Source: Anaerolineae bacterium
GTDB taxonomy: Bacteria > Chloroflexota > Anaerolineae > Epilineales > JAHCIE01
DNA: 64,000 bases
Reading direction: 5' to 3'
Assembly: GCA_046328505.1 (NCBI GenBank)
Contig: JAXLWL010000005.1
Coordinates: forward strand, 300,463 to 364,462
A program made the translations under genes and the position numbers. The notes below the pieces were generated by a model that was given only the letters and a program-made list of their open reading frames with translations, did no database searches and had not been told where the DNA came from. Position 1 is the first letter of the stretch, and each line of letters opens with the position of its first letter. Shown here one piece after another: positions 46,316 through 57,442 of this stretch.

Positions 46316-48337
46316 TTACTCACCAGGCGGGCTTAGAGACGGGGGAGTGTCATCTCCTCGCAACGTCTCTGTGGATGCGCCGGGAGTAGCGCTCTTGCCA
46401 GCATCCAGACGAGGGCGTCCGCGGCTCGGAGTGTAGAGCTGGATGGGCAGGACGGTCGTCACGACGCGGTCGAGGTCCTGGAGCGCCAATTGTTCGATGA
46501 AGTGAGCATTTTGGTGCAGGATCTGACTCCAGGGGTTCCCGGTTTGGAGCTGGCCGACGATGACCTGGACGTAGCCGTCCGGCTCTTCCTCCAACAGATC
46601 CAACACATACTCGCGGATCGGGCGGCTGAGGCTGCGGTAGGGCGACTGCACGACGACCAACTCGCCGACACTGACGCGCTCCTTCCACTTCTTCTGGACC
46701 GCTTCGACCTTTTCTTCCTCAATCGCGACATGGACGCCTACCCACGGGATGCCCAGGGAGTTGGCGAACTCAACCAGGCGCATCGTCTCGCGGTGCACAT
46801 CGCCGACCAGTACAATCGCGCGCACCGGCCGGGGCGCATACGGGATGTGCTCGCCGGTCGTGCTCATGACGCGGCGCACCTCCTGGTAGTGGTGGTGAAT
46901 GCGGAAGAAAAGCCAGAGCAGCGAGGGAATCAGGATGGCGGTGATCCAGGCGCCCTGAGTGAACTTCGTGACCAGGAACACGATGACGACGACGAACGTC
47001 ACCACCGCGCCGATGGCGTTGAGAACCTGCTTCCAGCGCCAGTGGGCGTCGAACCGGAGAATGCTGCCCAGGGTCGCAAACTCGTCGCCCGGCCGCAGCA
47101 CGCCGGCCTTCATCATGCGGCCGATCTTTTGCCACCGCACTACCATGCCGGTTTGAGAGAGGGTGAAGCTCAGGAAGACGCCGATGGCGTACAGCGGGAT
47201 CAAGCGGCTAACCGAGCCGCCGAAGAGGAGGATGAGGATGGAGGCGAAGGCGGCGAGAACGATGACGCCCCAGCTGAAGACGAGGCGGCTGCCGCGGAAG
47301 GTGAACCACTTCGGCAGGAAGCCGTCGCCGGCGTGGAGCGCTGCTAGGCGCGGGAAGTCGGCGAAGCTCGTGTTGGCGGCCATGATGAGGATGACGGTGG
47401 CCGACGCCAGCGTCAGGAGTTGCATCCAGCCCTGGCCGTAGATCGTACGCGCGACCTGCGAGATGAGCACTTCCGCCTCGGATGGGCGGGCGTTGACGAG
47501 GTAGCCCAGGATGCCAAGGCCCAGGAACATGATCATCAGCAGTGCGGCGTCCCAGAGCAGCGTCGTGGCGGCGTTGCGGGAGCGCGGCTCCTTGAAGGCG
47601 GTGATGCCGTTGGAGATGGCTTCGACGCCGGTGAGGGCGGTGGTGCCGGAGCTGAACGCGCGCAGCAGCAGGAAGAATAGGGCGAACCCGGTCAGCGAGG
47701 CGGCATAGGGCGTCTCAACGTTCGAGACGAACTTGACGGTGCCGAGGTTGCCGCTGAAGGCCTGCCAGAAGCCGACGCCGATCATAATGAGCATCATCGC
47801 GACAAAGAAGTAGGTCGGCGCGGCAAACACCCGCCCGGACTCTTTGACGCCACGCAGGTTGATGAGCGCCATCAACAGGATCAGCAAGAGGGAAAGCTCG
47901 ACCTTGTAGTCGAACAGGACGGGGAAGGCGCTGGCGATCTGGTCGACGGCCGAAGCGATGCTGACGGCGACAGTCAGGACATAGTCGGTCAGCAGAGCGG
48001 CGCCGGCTGCCTGCGCTGGCGCTTCGCCGAGATTGTCGCGGGCGACGATGTACGCGCCGCCTCCGCCCGGATAGGCGAAAATCGTCTGACGGTAGGAGAA
48101 GGCGAGGATGATGAGGAGGACGCAGATAGCGACCGTGATGGGGACGGCGAGCCAGTAGTTGGCCGCGCCGAGAACAGCCAGGACGAGGAGGATTTCGCCG
48201 CCGGCGTAGGCGACTGAGGAGAGTGAGTCTGAGGCGAACACGGCCAGGCCGACCGTTTTGCTGATGGCCTGGTGCGGAGCCTCGACCGTGGCTATCTCAC
48301 GGCCAAAGACCCAGCGGCGAAGATCGGAAACAGCCAT
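46316..48337 (-). CDS. APC-superfamily transporter, KimA/YdaO-like K+/H+ symporter (copy 2)
   Basis: Same motifs as copy 1; GGAGG SD. Confidence 0.85.
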   Translation of the reverse strand: MAVSDLRRWVFGREIATVEAPHQAISKTVGLAVFASDSLSSVAYAGGEILLVLAVLGAANYWLAVPITVAICVLLIILAFSYRQTIFAYPGGGGAYIVARDNLGEAPAQAAGAALLTDYVLTVAVSIASAVDQIASAFPVLFDYKVELSLLLILLMALINLRGVKESGRVFAAPTYFFVAMMLIMIGVGFWQAFSGNLGTVKFVSNVETPYAASLTGFALFFLLLRAFSSGTTALTGVEAISNGITAFKEPRSRNAATTLLWDAALLMIMFLGLGILGYLVNARPSEAEVLISQVARTIYGQGWMQLLTLASATVILIMAANTSFADFPRLAALHAGDGFLPKWFTFRGSRLVFSWGVIVLAAFASILILLFGGSVSRLIPLYAIGVFLSFTLSQTGMVVRWQKIGRMMKAGVLRPGDEFATLGSILRFDAHWRWKQVLNAIGAVVTFVVVIVFLVTKFTQGAWITAILIPSLLWLFFRIHHHYQEVRRVMSTTGEHIPYAPRPVRAIVLVGDVHRETMRLVEFANSLGIPWVGVHVAIEEEKVEAVQKKWKERVSVGELVVVQSPYRSLSRPIREYVLDLLEEEPDGYVQVIVGQLQTGNPWSQILHQNAHFIEQLALQDLDRVVTTVLPIQLYTPSRGRPRLDAGKSATPGASTETLRGDDTPPSLSPPGE

Positions 48338-48623
48338 AGAACCTCCATGATTGGGATTGGCTGGTCCCAGTATAGTCCTGAAGAAGCTCCCTGTCGCTGA
48401 TGACGCGCTGCATCAGCCAACAGGAGGCCACCTGTCACCCGACAGTTAGCCAACACTAAACCGACACGTTTTTAAGGTTCTACGCTGAACCGCGGAATAC
48501 GCAGCCGCGCGGCATCTGAAATGCCGAGAAGCATCCGGATGACCCAGGATGCTTCACATGGCTACGTGGCATGTGGCCGCTCAGGATGTTGAGCGGCTAT
48601 TTTCGAATGTTGTCCCGTACCGT

Positions 48624-49922
48624 CTACCGACCGAGCAATGATACCAGAAATACCGGCAGGCAGCCACTCGCCGGCGCCGGGACAGGCGTCGGCGTAGGCG
48701 TGGGTGTCGGAGTCTCTTTGCCCGGCAGCGGCTCGCCCGCCTGCCCACGGAAGAAGGCGCGCACGTCTACGCGGCCCGTGCCCTGCGTGTTCGGGTCCAG
48801 TCCCATGCTCCGCCCGGCGCGCATCATGCGCTCCTTGACCTGGGCCGGCGTCAGGGTCGGCTCGGACTGGAGCAAGAGCGCCACAGCGCCCGTAGCGTGC
48901 GGCGTCGCCATGCTCGTGCCGGACGCCGTCGTGTAGTGGTCGTCGACCGGCGTGCCCATGGTCGTGCCTTTGCCGCGCGCCGCCGTTATCTGGTAGCCCG
49001 GCAGGCACACGTCCGGCTTGACGCGGCCATCCGCCGTGGGGCCGCGCGAGGAGAAGTCGGCGGCCTCATCCCACGCGTTCGCCGGGTCGCTGACCGTCGC
49101 GCCGATGGTGATGGCCTCGCGCGAGCCGCCGGGTGAGCCGACGGTCTTGGCCCCATTCCGCCCCGAGTTGCCGGCCGCGACGCAGCACACGACACCGGCC
49201 CGAACCGCGGCGTCGACCTGCGCGGAGAGGGCGTCTGTGCCGTCGCTTGGCTCCGGTGGCCCACCCAGAGACATGTTGATAACCCGCGCTCCGCGCTCGA
49301 CCGCCCACTCGATTCCGGCCATGACGTTGCTCTGGCTGCCGCTGCCGCTGCTGTCCAACACGCGGGCCGCAATAATCGTCGCATCGGGAGCCACCCCGCG
49401 GTATTTGCCGTCCGAAGCGGCGCCGCTGCCGGCGGCGATGCTGGCGACGTGGGTGCCGTGGCCGTTACCGTCGTTATTCCCCTGGCCGGTGAAGTCCTTG
49501 AACTCAGCGACACGGCCCACGAGGTCGGGATGCTCCGTGTCCACGCCGGTATCGACGATGGCGATGGTCACGCCGCGGCCGGTAAACCCCGCCGCCCAGA
49601 CCTCGGGCGCGCGGATGATCGGCACCGAAGTGTCCAGCATCGTGTGAACAGGCAGGTCGGCCCAGACGAGCGCGACGTTGGGGTCCTCGGTGATATCGTT
49701 CAACTCCAGCAAGTTGACCGTCATCGCCGCCGCATTGATGAGGTCAAAGGTCTGGGTCACCGGCGCTTGCACGTCCGCCGTCATGCTGCGGCTGACCGCC
49801 GAGCGATAGCGCACGATGACCGGGTAATCCTTCGGCTCCTGCGCCATCTCCTGGATGCTCTTGGTCCCCATGTCGACTTCGACCATTGTGCGCAACGTCG
49901 GATGCAGCTTGCTAGGGTCCAT
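48624..49922 (-). CDS. S8 serine peptidase with prodomain, no obvious signal peptide, C-terminal PT linker and short hydrophobic tail
   Basis: IAIVDTG / GHGTHVAS / SGTSMATPH triad; AGGAG SD before ATG 49922. Confidence 0.9.
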   Translation of the reverse strand: MDPSKLHPTLRTMVEVDMGTKSIQEMAQEPKDYPVIVRYRSAVSRSMTADVQAPVTQTFDLINAAAMTVNLLELNDITEDPNVALVWADLPVHTMLDTSVPIIRAPEVWAAGFTGRGVTIAIVDTGVDTEHPDLVGRVAEFKDFTGQGNNDGNGHGTHVASIAAGSGAASDGKYRGVAPDATIIAARVLDSSGSGSQSNVMAGIEWAVERGARVINMSLGGPPEPSDGTDALSAQVDAAVRAGVVCCVAAGNSGRNGAKTVGSPGGSREAITIGATVSDPANAWDEAADFSSRGPTADGRVKPDVCLPGYQITAARGKGTTMGTPVDDHYTTASGTSMATPHATGAVALLLQSEPTLTPAQVKERMMRAGRSMGLDPNTQGTGRVDVRAFFRGQAGEPLPGKETPTPTPTPTPVPAPASGCLPVFLVSLLGR

Positions 49923-49973
49923 AGTCACTCCTGTTTAACAACCAGTGGTGTGTTGCTCGTACAGTGATGAGAA

Positions 49974-50030
49974 TGTAGTGGCGACTTTTAGTCGCTCCCA
50001 CGGCTACAGAACGACTAAAGTCGTCACTAC
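49974..50030. repeat. GTAG-type inverted REP pair
   Basis: gtagtggcgacttttagtcgct ... acgactaaagtcgtcactac. Confidence 0.75.
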
Positions 50031-50124
50031 AAAACGCGCAACTTGTGAGAAATAGAGACCACTAGAGCGGTGCAGCCGTCACCTCGTCACCCTGTCTGGT
50101 ATGCTTCGTTCCACTCAGCGCGAC

Positions 50125-50382
50125 TCACATCGTATGCACAGACCTATCCGTCTCGATGCGCTCGACCCACGGCTCGCTCTCCAACGCGAGGGCGGCGGCG
50201 GCCGGCGCCGAGACGGCGATGCCGGGCAGCAGCTTGTAGACGTGGCGCACCGTCATGCCCCGCGCCTCGCACGCGGCGACATGCTCGCCCGGCGCCTCCG
50301 TCGTCCGAATAATCAGGTCAACGCGAGCGTCGCCGGCCGCCGCGAGCTGTTGGCGGAGGGGCGCTTCTAGCTTGCCGTTCAT
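50125..50382 (-). CDS. 85-aa standalone subtilase-propeptide (inhibitor I9)-like protein
   Basis: VDLIIRT...GMTVRHVYKLLPGIAVSAP...LESEPWVERIETDRSVHTM resembles the prodomain end of the adjacent S8 (WADLPVHTM); GAGG SD. Confidence 0.7.
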   Translation of the reverse strand: MNGKLEAPLRQQLAAAGDARVDLIIRTTEAPGEHVAACEARGMTVRHVYKLLPGIAVSAPAAAALALESEPWVERIETDRSVHTM

Positions 50383-51670
50383 TCTGCCGTTCCTCTCGCG
50401 TGAAAAAGGCCACGCACTCGATATGCCACGTCTGGGGGAACATATCGACCGGCTGGACGTACTGGATGCGATACCCGCGCTCGACCAGGCCGCGCGCGTC
50501 TCGCGCCAGAGTCGCCGGGTCGCAGCTCACGTAGGCGATGCGGCGCGGCTGCATCCCGGCGAGGGCATCCAGGGCGCGGCGCTCGACACCGGCGCGGGGT
50601 GGGTCGAGGACGGCCAGGTCAAAAGCGCGATTCAGCCGGGGCAAGATATCCTCGACGCGGCCTTCGTACAGCGAGACGTTATCCAGGTCGGCGGCGTTGA
50701 CGCGCCAGTCGGCGACGGCGGCGGGGCTTTCCTCCACGGCGACGACTTCGCCGGCCTCGTCGGCCAGGGCCAGCCCAAACAGGCCGACGCCGGCATACAG
50801 GTCGAGCAAGGTATAGTCGGCGCGGGGGCGCAACGCCTCGCGCACCAGGCGCACCAGAGTCTCGGCCATCGCGGTGTTCACCTGGAAGAAGGCTTCGGCG
50901 GAGACGCGGTAATCGCGGCCGGCGATGTGGGCCATGAGCCACGGCGCGCCCACCAGGTTGACGACCTGCCCGTCGCGCAGCTCCAGGTTGATCGACACCG
51001 GGAAATCGACTTCAAGCTCCGGGAGCTCGTCGAAGTCCGTCGTCAGCAGGACGAGGCGGTCGTCCACGCCCATATCGGCGCGCAAGATGGCCTGGCGAAG
51101 CTCCGGGAAGTCCATCTCGAGACTCTGCCATAGGCTGCGCACGTCCGGCGCCATGATGTAACACTGTTCGATGGGGACGACTGTGTGCTCCCGCAGAGCG
51201 CGGAAGCCGAGCCGCCCGTCCTCGGCGAGGCGCATCTGTACGTGGTTGCGGTAGAACCACGGCTCGTCCATGCCGATGGTCCGTCGCACTTCCACGTCGG
51301 GCAGCTTGCCCACGCGGGCGAACTGGTCCTTCACGATGGCCTGCTTGAGGCGGAGCTGGGCCGCGTAGTCGATGTGCTGCCACTGGCAGCCGCCGCAGCC
51401 CTTGGCGAGGGTAGGATCGGGGTCTGGCGCGCCGCGCACATCCGGATCGCCGGAGCCGAAGTGCGGGCAGGGAGGCGCGACGCGGTCGGGAGAAGGGGTG
51501 AGAATGCGCGCCAGCTCTGCGTTGGCCCAGCGCCCGTGGTCTTCGACGATGCGCGCCTCGACGCGCTCACCGGGCAGAGCGTAGGGGACGAAGATGGTCT
51601 TGTCGGCGGCACGCCCGAGGGCGGCGCCGCCGTGGGCCATGGCAGTAAGCTGGACGGTGATAGTATCCAT
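50318..51670 (-). CDS. rlmD: 23S rRNA m5U methyltransferase RlmD/TrmA family with TRAM domain
   Basis: IFVPYALPGE, CPHFG...CGGCQWQH, FFQVN, LDLYAGVGLF, LDPPRAG, YVSCDPATLARD, DMFPQTWHIE. Confidence 0.9.
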   Translation of the reverse strand: MDTITVQLTAMAHGGAALGRAADKTIFVPYALPGERVEARIVEDHGRWANAELARILTPSPDRVAPPCPHFGSGDPDVRGAPDPDPTLAKGCGGCQWQHIDYAAQLRLKQAIVKDQFARVGKLPDVEVRRTIGMDEPWFYRNHVQMRLAEDGRLGFRALREHTVVPIEQCYIMAPDVRSLWQSLEMDFPELRQAILRADMGVDDRLVLLTTDFDELPELEVDFPVSINLELRDGQVVNLVGAPWLMAHIAGRDYRVSAEAFFQVNTAMAETLVRLVREALRPRADYTLLDLYAGVGLFGLALADEAGEVVAVEESPAAVADWRVNAADLDNVSLYEGRVEDILPRLNRAFDLAVLDPPRAGVERRALDALAGMQPRRIAYVSCDPATLARDARGLVERGYRIQYVQPVDMFPQTWHIECVAFFTREERQNERQARSAPPPTARGGRRRSR

Positions 51671-51692
51671 CAATAACGCTAGGCAATAACCT

Positions 51693-51723
51693 CGTAGGGG
51701 CAGGTTTCAAACCTGCCCCTACG
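51693..51723. repeat. GTAG-type REP palindrome
   Basis: cgtaggggcaggtttcaaacctgcccctacg. Confidence 0.75.
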
Positions 51724-51737
51724 TCAGTCTATCGACC

Positions 51738-53021
51738 CTACGGGTAGATGCCGCGAATGAAGGTCGCCGCGTGCACCCGCTGGATCGCCGTCATGTAGGC
51801 GGCCATGCGCATGCTCGTCTTGCGGTTGTCAGCGCGGTGCCATACTTCATCGAGCGCCCGAATCATCATCTCGCGCATCTTGACGTTGATCTCCCGCTCA
51901 TTCCAGAAGAAGTGCTGGAGACCCTGCACCCACTCGAAGTAGGATACCGCGACGCCACCGGTGTTGGCGAGAATATCCGGCATCACCAGGACGTTCTTGT
52001 CGCGCAGAATCGCGTCCGCCTCAGGTGTGGTCGGCCCGTTGGCGGCTTCGACGACGAGGGGCGCCTGGACGTGTCCGGCATTGTACGCGGTAAGCTGGTT
52101 CTCCATCGCCGCCGGGATGAGAACATCGACCGGCAAGCCGAGCAGCTCGGCGTTGGTCACGCCGTCTGCGCCGGGGAACCCGACGACGGAGCCGCTCTCG
52201 TTCTTGTGCTGGATGACCATCTCGATGTCCAGCCCGTGCGGGTTGTAGATGCCGCCGCGGCTGTCGCTGACGGCCACGACGGTCGCGCCTTTGCCCTGGG
52301 TCAGGAGGGCCGTTGTGCGCCCAACCTGTCCGAAGCCCTGCACGGCAATCGTTGCGCCTTCGATGCTCTTGCCCGTGCGGTGCAGCGCCTCACGCGTGAC
52401 GAACATGACGCCGCGGCCGGGCGCTTCCGCGCGGCCCATGGACCCGCCGATCTCGACGGGCTTGCCCGTGACGACGGCCGGCGTCGAGTAGCCCTTGTGC
52501 ATCGAGTAGGTGTCCATGATCCACGCCATGACCTGGGGATTGGTTCCCATGTCCGGGGCGGGGATATCACCTTCGGGGCTCATCAGGATGCTGATTTCGC
52601 TAGCATATCGCCGGGTCAGGTGCTCCAGCTCATGGTGCGACAACGCTTTCGGGTCAGCGACCACGCCGCCCTTGGCGCCGCCGAAGGGCAGGTTGATCAC
52701 GGCGCATTTCCACGTCATCCACATGGCGAGGGCGCGCACGTCATCCAGCGTCAGGTCTGGCGAGTAGCGCAGGCCGCCCTTCGAAGGGCCGCGCACGGTG
52801 CTGTGGTGAACGCGAAAGCCTGTGAAAACGTGGACACTGCCATCGTCCATCTTCACAGGGAAGTTGACTGTCAACTCGCGCTTGCACTCGCGCATGATGT
52901 CCACAATACCGGGGTCTAGCTCCGGCATCATGGCGACGGCCGCGTCATACTGCTGGATGGCCATTTCCAGCGGTTTCGCCGCACCTGGCATAGCCTTGGT
53001 CTCTGGACCCATCGTTGCCAT
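51738..53021 (-). CDS. gdhA: Glutamate dehydrogenase (Glu/Leu/Phe/Val dehydrogenase family)
   Basis: [61 protein letters not shown]. Confidence 0.9.
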   Translation of the reverse strand: MATMGPETKAMPGAAKPLEMAIQQYDAAVAMMPELDPGIVDIMRECKRELTVNFPVKMDDGSVHVFTGFRVHHSTVRGPSKGGLRYSPDLTLDDVRALAMWMTWKCAVINLPFGGAKGGVVADPKALSHHELEHLTRRYASEISILMSPEGDIPAPDMGTNPQVMAWIMDTYSMHKGYSTPAVVTGKPVEIGGSMGRAEAPGRGVMFVTREALHRTGKSIEGATIAVQGFGQVGRTTALLTQGKGATVVAVSDSRGGIYNPHGLDIEMVIQHKNESGSVVGFPGADGVTNAELLGLPVDVLIPAAMENQLTAYNAGHVQAPLVVEAANGPTTPEADAILRDKNVLVMPDILANTGGVAVSYFEWVQGLQHFFWNEREINVKMREMMIRALDEVWHRADNRKTSMRMAAYMTAIQRVHAATFIRGIYP

Positions 53022-53108
53022 CAGGAACCTCCTCGTGGAGTACCCGCGTCATTGCGGGGTGTGATATACACTGAGCTTCGAGTGCAGCGTGACAGTTTGA
53101 TTCGCGGC

Positions 53109-54557
<1,449 letters not shown>

Positions 54558-54582
54558 TTGCACCTCATACAACGCTGAAACC

Positions 54583-54640
54583 ATGTAGTAGCGACTTCAG
54601 TCGCTTCCCCGGCCCAAAAAGCGACTAAAGTCGCCACTAC
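54583..54640. repeat. GTAG-type inverted REP pair between Uma2 and gatB
   Basis: gtagtagcgacttcagtcgct ... agcgactaaagtcgccactac. Confidence 0.75.
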
Positions 54641-55197
54641 ATTTCGATCTCGAACAGTTCGCCGATTGGCAGAGCAAAGCCGGGCAGCGTATCACCGCCG
54701 TCCAGCGTGTCGTTCACTGTGAGCCGCCGCGCCACCATCGAGGGCTCATAGACCGTGACGATCTGCGCGCGAGGGTTGACAACCCAGACAGCGCGTGTCC
54801 CCGCGTTCAGGTAGTCGTGCACCTTGTCCTCGACGTCCTGGTAGCTGTCGTTCGGCGAGACGACCTCGACGGCCAGGTCGGGCGCGCCGTCGAAGAAGCC
54901 GGAGCGCCGCGGGCGGTCGGCGAGACGATGAGCCGCGACGAAAGCGGCGTCAGGGGCGCGCACCGTGTCCGGCTCCCGCGACAGGACAAAACCCGTCTCG
55001 GCTCCGTACACGCGCCCCAACCTATGCTGGCGCACGTGATCGTACATTGCTGCGCCAATGGCTATAGTAAGCTCGCCGTGCTCTTCACCCGCCGGCGCCA
55101 TGACGAGAACCTCCCCGCGCACGAGTTCGGTGCGCTCGCCCGTGTCGGGCAGCGCCGCCAGCATCTCCGCGGTGACCAGCTCAACTTGAACCGCCAT
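54637..55197 (-). CDS. Uma2 family (DUF820) putative restriction-like endonuclease
   Basis: ELVRGE, PAGEEHG, APDAAFV, PDLAVEVVSP, KVHDYL.AG...VWVV.P. Confidence 0.9.
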   Translation of the reverse strand: MAVQVELVTAEMLAALPDTGERTELVRGEVLVMAPAGEEHGELTIAIGAAMYDHVRQHRLGRVYGAETGFVLSREPDTVRAPDAAFVAAHRLADRPRRSGFFDGAPDLAVEVVSPNDSYQDVEDKVHDYLNAGTRAVWVVNPRAQIVTVYEPSMVARRLTVNDTLDGGDTLPGFALPIGELFEIEM

Positions 55198-55234
55198 CCA
55201 TCTCCTCTCAGCCCCTCTCCCTTCGGATGAAGGT

Positions 55235-56407
55235 CTACCCCCGCACGCGGCGCACGAAGCGTCCAATACGCTCGATTGCCTCCTCGACCTGGGGCAGAGA
55301 CGCGGTGTAGGCGGCGCGCACGTAGCCGGCGCCGCTATCGCCGAACGCCGTGCCCGGCACTACGGCGACCTTCTCCTCCATCAGCAGACGCTCCGAGAAC
55401 TCGTTCTCGTCGAGGCCGGTGCTGCGGATGTCGGGGAAACAGTAGAAGGCGCCGCGCGGCTCGAACGTCGGCAGGCCTATGGCGTTGAAGCCCGCGACGA
55501 TCGTCTTGCGCCGCTCGTTGTAGGCGTTGACCATCGCCTGCACGTGCGGTTCGCCGTGGCGAATAGCGTACGTCGCCGCGTACTGGGCGGATGTCGGGGC
55601 CGACATGATGATGTACTGGTGGACCTTTCGCATGGCGGCAATCATGTCCGCCGGACCGCAGGCATAGCCAACGCGCCAGCCGGTCATGGCATACGCCTTG
55701 GAGAAGCCGCCGAGCAGAAGCGTTCGCTCGCGCATCCCCGGCAGAGCCGCGACGCAGGTGTGCTCGACGCCGTACACCAGGCGGTCGTAGATTTCGTCGG
55801 AGAGGACGAGCAGATCGTGGCGCTCGGCAACGGCGGCGACCTCGGCCATGCGCTGTCGGCTCATGACCGCGCCGGTGGGGTTATTAGGGTAGCCGACAAG
55901 GAGCATGCGCGTATTCGGCGTGATCGCGGCTTCAACATCATCGGCGGTAAGTTGGAACTCGTGCTCGACATATGTCGGCACAGCGACAGGGATCCCGCCG
56001 GCAAAGCTGACGGTCGCGGGGTAGGCGACATACGACGGCTGCGGGAAGACGACCTCATCGCCTGGCTCCAGGAATGACGTCATCGCCAGGTGCAGCGCCT
56101 CGGAGACGCCGACGGTAATCAGAATTTCATCGCCGGGGTCGTAGCGCACGCCGTACAGAGCATCCAGGTGGTCGGACACAGCCTGGCGCAGCTCGATCAG
56201 CCCGGAGTTGGAGGTGTAGCCGGTGATGCCTTGCTGGATGGACAGGATGCCCGCCTGGCTGATATCCTCCGGGGTCGAGAAGTCAGGCTCCCCGATACCC
56301 AGGGAGATGACATCCTTCATCGTGGCGACAATGTCGAAGAACTTGCGAATCCCCGATGGTGGAACCGTGGCGACTCGCTGGCTGATTCGGTGCGTTTGGG
56401 TAATCAT
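55235..56407 (-). CDS. Class I/II PLP aminotransferase (aspartate aminotransferase-like)
   Basis: ISLGIGEPDF, YPNNPTG, SDEIY, GFSKAYAMTGWRVG, GAFY; GGAGG SD before ATG 56407. Confidence 0.9.
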   Translation of the reverse strand: MITQTHRISQRVATVPPSGIRKFFDIVATMKDVISLGIGEPDFSTPEDISQAGILSIQQGITGYTSNSGLIELRQAVSDHLDALYGVRYDPGDEILITVGVSEALHLAMTSFLEPGDEVVFPQPSYVAYPATVSFAGGIPVAVPTYVEHEFQLTADDVEAAITPNTRMLLVGYPNNPTGAVMSRQRMAEVAAVAERHDLLVLSDEIYDRLVYGVEHTCVAALPGMRERTLLLGGFSKAYAMTGWRVGYACGPADMIAAMRKVHQYIIMSAPTSAQYAATYAIRHGEPHVQAMVNAYNERRKTIVAGFNAIGLPTFEPRGAFYCFPDIRSTGLDENEFSERLLMEEKVAVVPGTAFGDSGAGYVRAAYTASLPQVEEAIERIGRFVRRVRG

Positions 56408-56429
56408 GCGTCCTCCACCTAGTTCTGTA

Positions 56430-57419
56430 TTAGAAATCGACACTCGCCGCGTCGCCGACGTTTACCTTGTGGAACTGGCCGCGCACGTAGGCCCGCTGGC
56501 CGACGAGGGACTGGTCCAGCATGGTATCTTCGATGATGCTCTCTTCTTCCACGATAGAGTCGCGGACGATGGAGTTGCGCACCTCGACATGGGCGGAGAT
56601 GGTGGCATTCGGCCCGATCACTGAGCCTTCGATTGTGGCTGACGGGTGGATGAACACCGGCGGAATGATGACGGCGGCCGGGAAATCGGCGGCATTGTCG
56701 GTGGCCTGGCCGTGATGCAGCAGGTAGCGGTTGGTTTGCAGCAGCGCCTCGGGCGTCCCGCAGTCCTCCCAGACCGGAATCGACGCGGCTTTGAAGCAGG
56801 CGCCGCGTTCTACCATGATCTGCAACGCGTCGGCCAGGAAATACTCGCCCTTGGTCTGCACGTTGCGCTCGATGAGATCGTCGATCGCCGAGAACAACCC
56901 CTTGTAGTCACGGATGTAGTACACGCCGACGACGGCCAGATTGGACACAGGCGTGGCCGGCTTTTCGACGAACTTCTTAATGTACCCGTCCTCGCCTACC
57001 ACGACCACGCCGAAGCGGCGCGGGTCGTCGACCTCGCGGACGTGGATGACGCCGTCGGCATCGACCGTCGGCAGGTCGCGCAGGTTCGCTTCGAAGACGG
57101 TATCGACGAAGATAATGAGCACAGGGTCGTGAATGAACTCGCGGGTTAGATTGATCGCGTGAGCTTGCCCCGCCAGCTCTTCCTGCACGACGTAGTGCGC
57201 TTTGAAATCGTAGTTTGGCTTGACGTACTGCTCGATTTGCTCTCCCAGGTGGCCGACAATGAAGACGATGTCTTCAATCTCGTCCTGGATGTCGACGAGC
57301 TTATCCAGAATGTGCCCCAGCACGGGCTTGCCGGCGCACGCAACGAGCGGCTTGGGCTTGCTGAATGTGTGGGGCTGAAGGCGGGTGCCTCGGCCGGCTA
57401 ACGGAATAATCACTTGCAT
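56430..57419 (-). CDS. Sugar-phosphate nucleotidyltransferase with C-terminal left-handed beta-helix
   Basis: IIPLAGRGTRL.P.T..KPKPL, FGVV, FVEKP, GEYFLADA, WEDCG, hexapeptide repeats. Confidence 0.85.
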   Translation of the reverse strand: MQVIIPLAGRGTRLQPHTFSKPKPLVACAGKPVLGHILDKLVDIQDEIEDIVFIVGHLGEQIEQYVKPNYDFKAHYVVQEELAGQAHAINLTREFIHDPVLIIFVDTVFEANLRDLPTVDADGVIHVREVDDPRRFGVVVVGEDGYIKKFVEKPATPVSNLAVVGVYYIRDYKGLFSAIDDLIERNVQTKGEYFLADALQIMVERGACFKAASIPVWEDCGTPEALLQTNRYLLHHGQATDNAADFPAAVIIPPVFIHPSATIEGSVIGPNATISAHVEVRNSIVRDSIVEEESIIEDTMLDQSLVGQRAYVRGQFHKVNVGDAASVDF

Positions 57420-57442
57420 GGGCGGCGCCTCCCTGCGCCTAA

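Noticed and set aside
48375-48420. GCTGATGACG as part of a fluoride riboswitch
   Set aside because: It is one arm of a local palindrome, lacks the upstream GAUG..GUUC element, and is far from crcB on the wrong strand for the adjacent gene.
48338-48620. c-di-AMP (ydaO) riboswitch upstream of KimA-like copy 2
   Set aside because: The conserved GCUGAA / GGGGGA / GUCAGCUAAC-type elements were not found by eye; only generic hairpins are present. An Infernal scan would be decisive.
54637-55197. Uma2 nuclease as the core of a defence island
   Set aside because: A single common gene inside the gat operon with no other defence genes adjacent.
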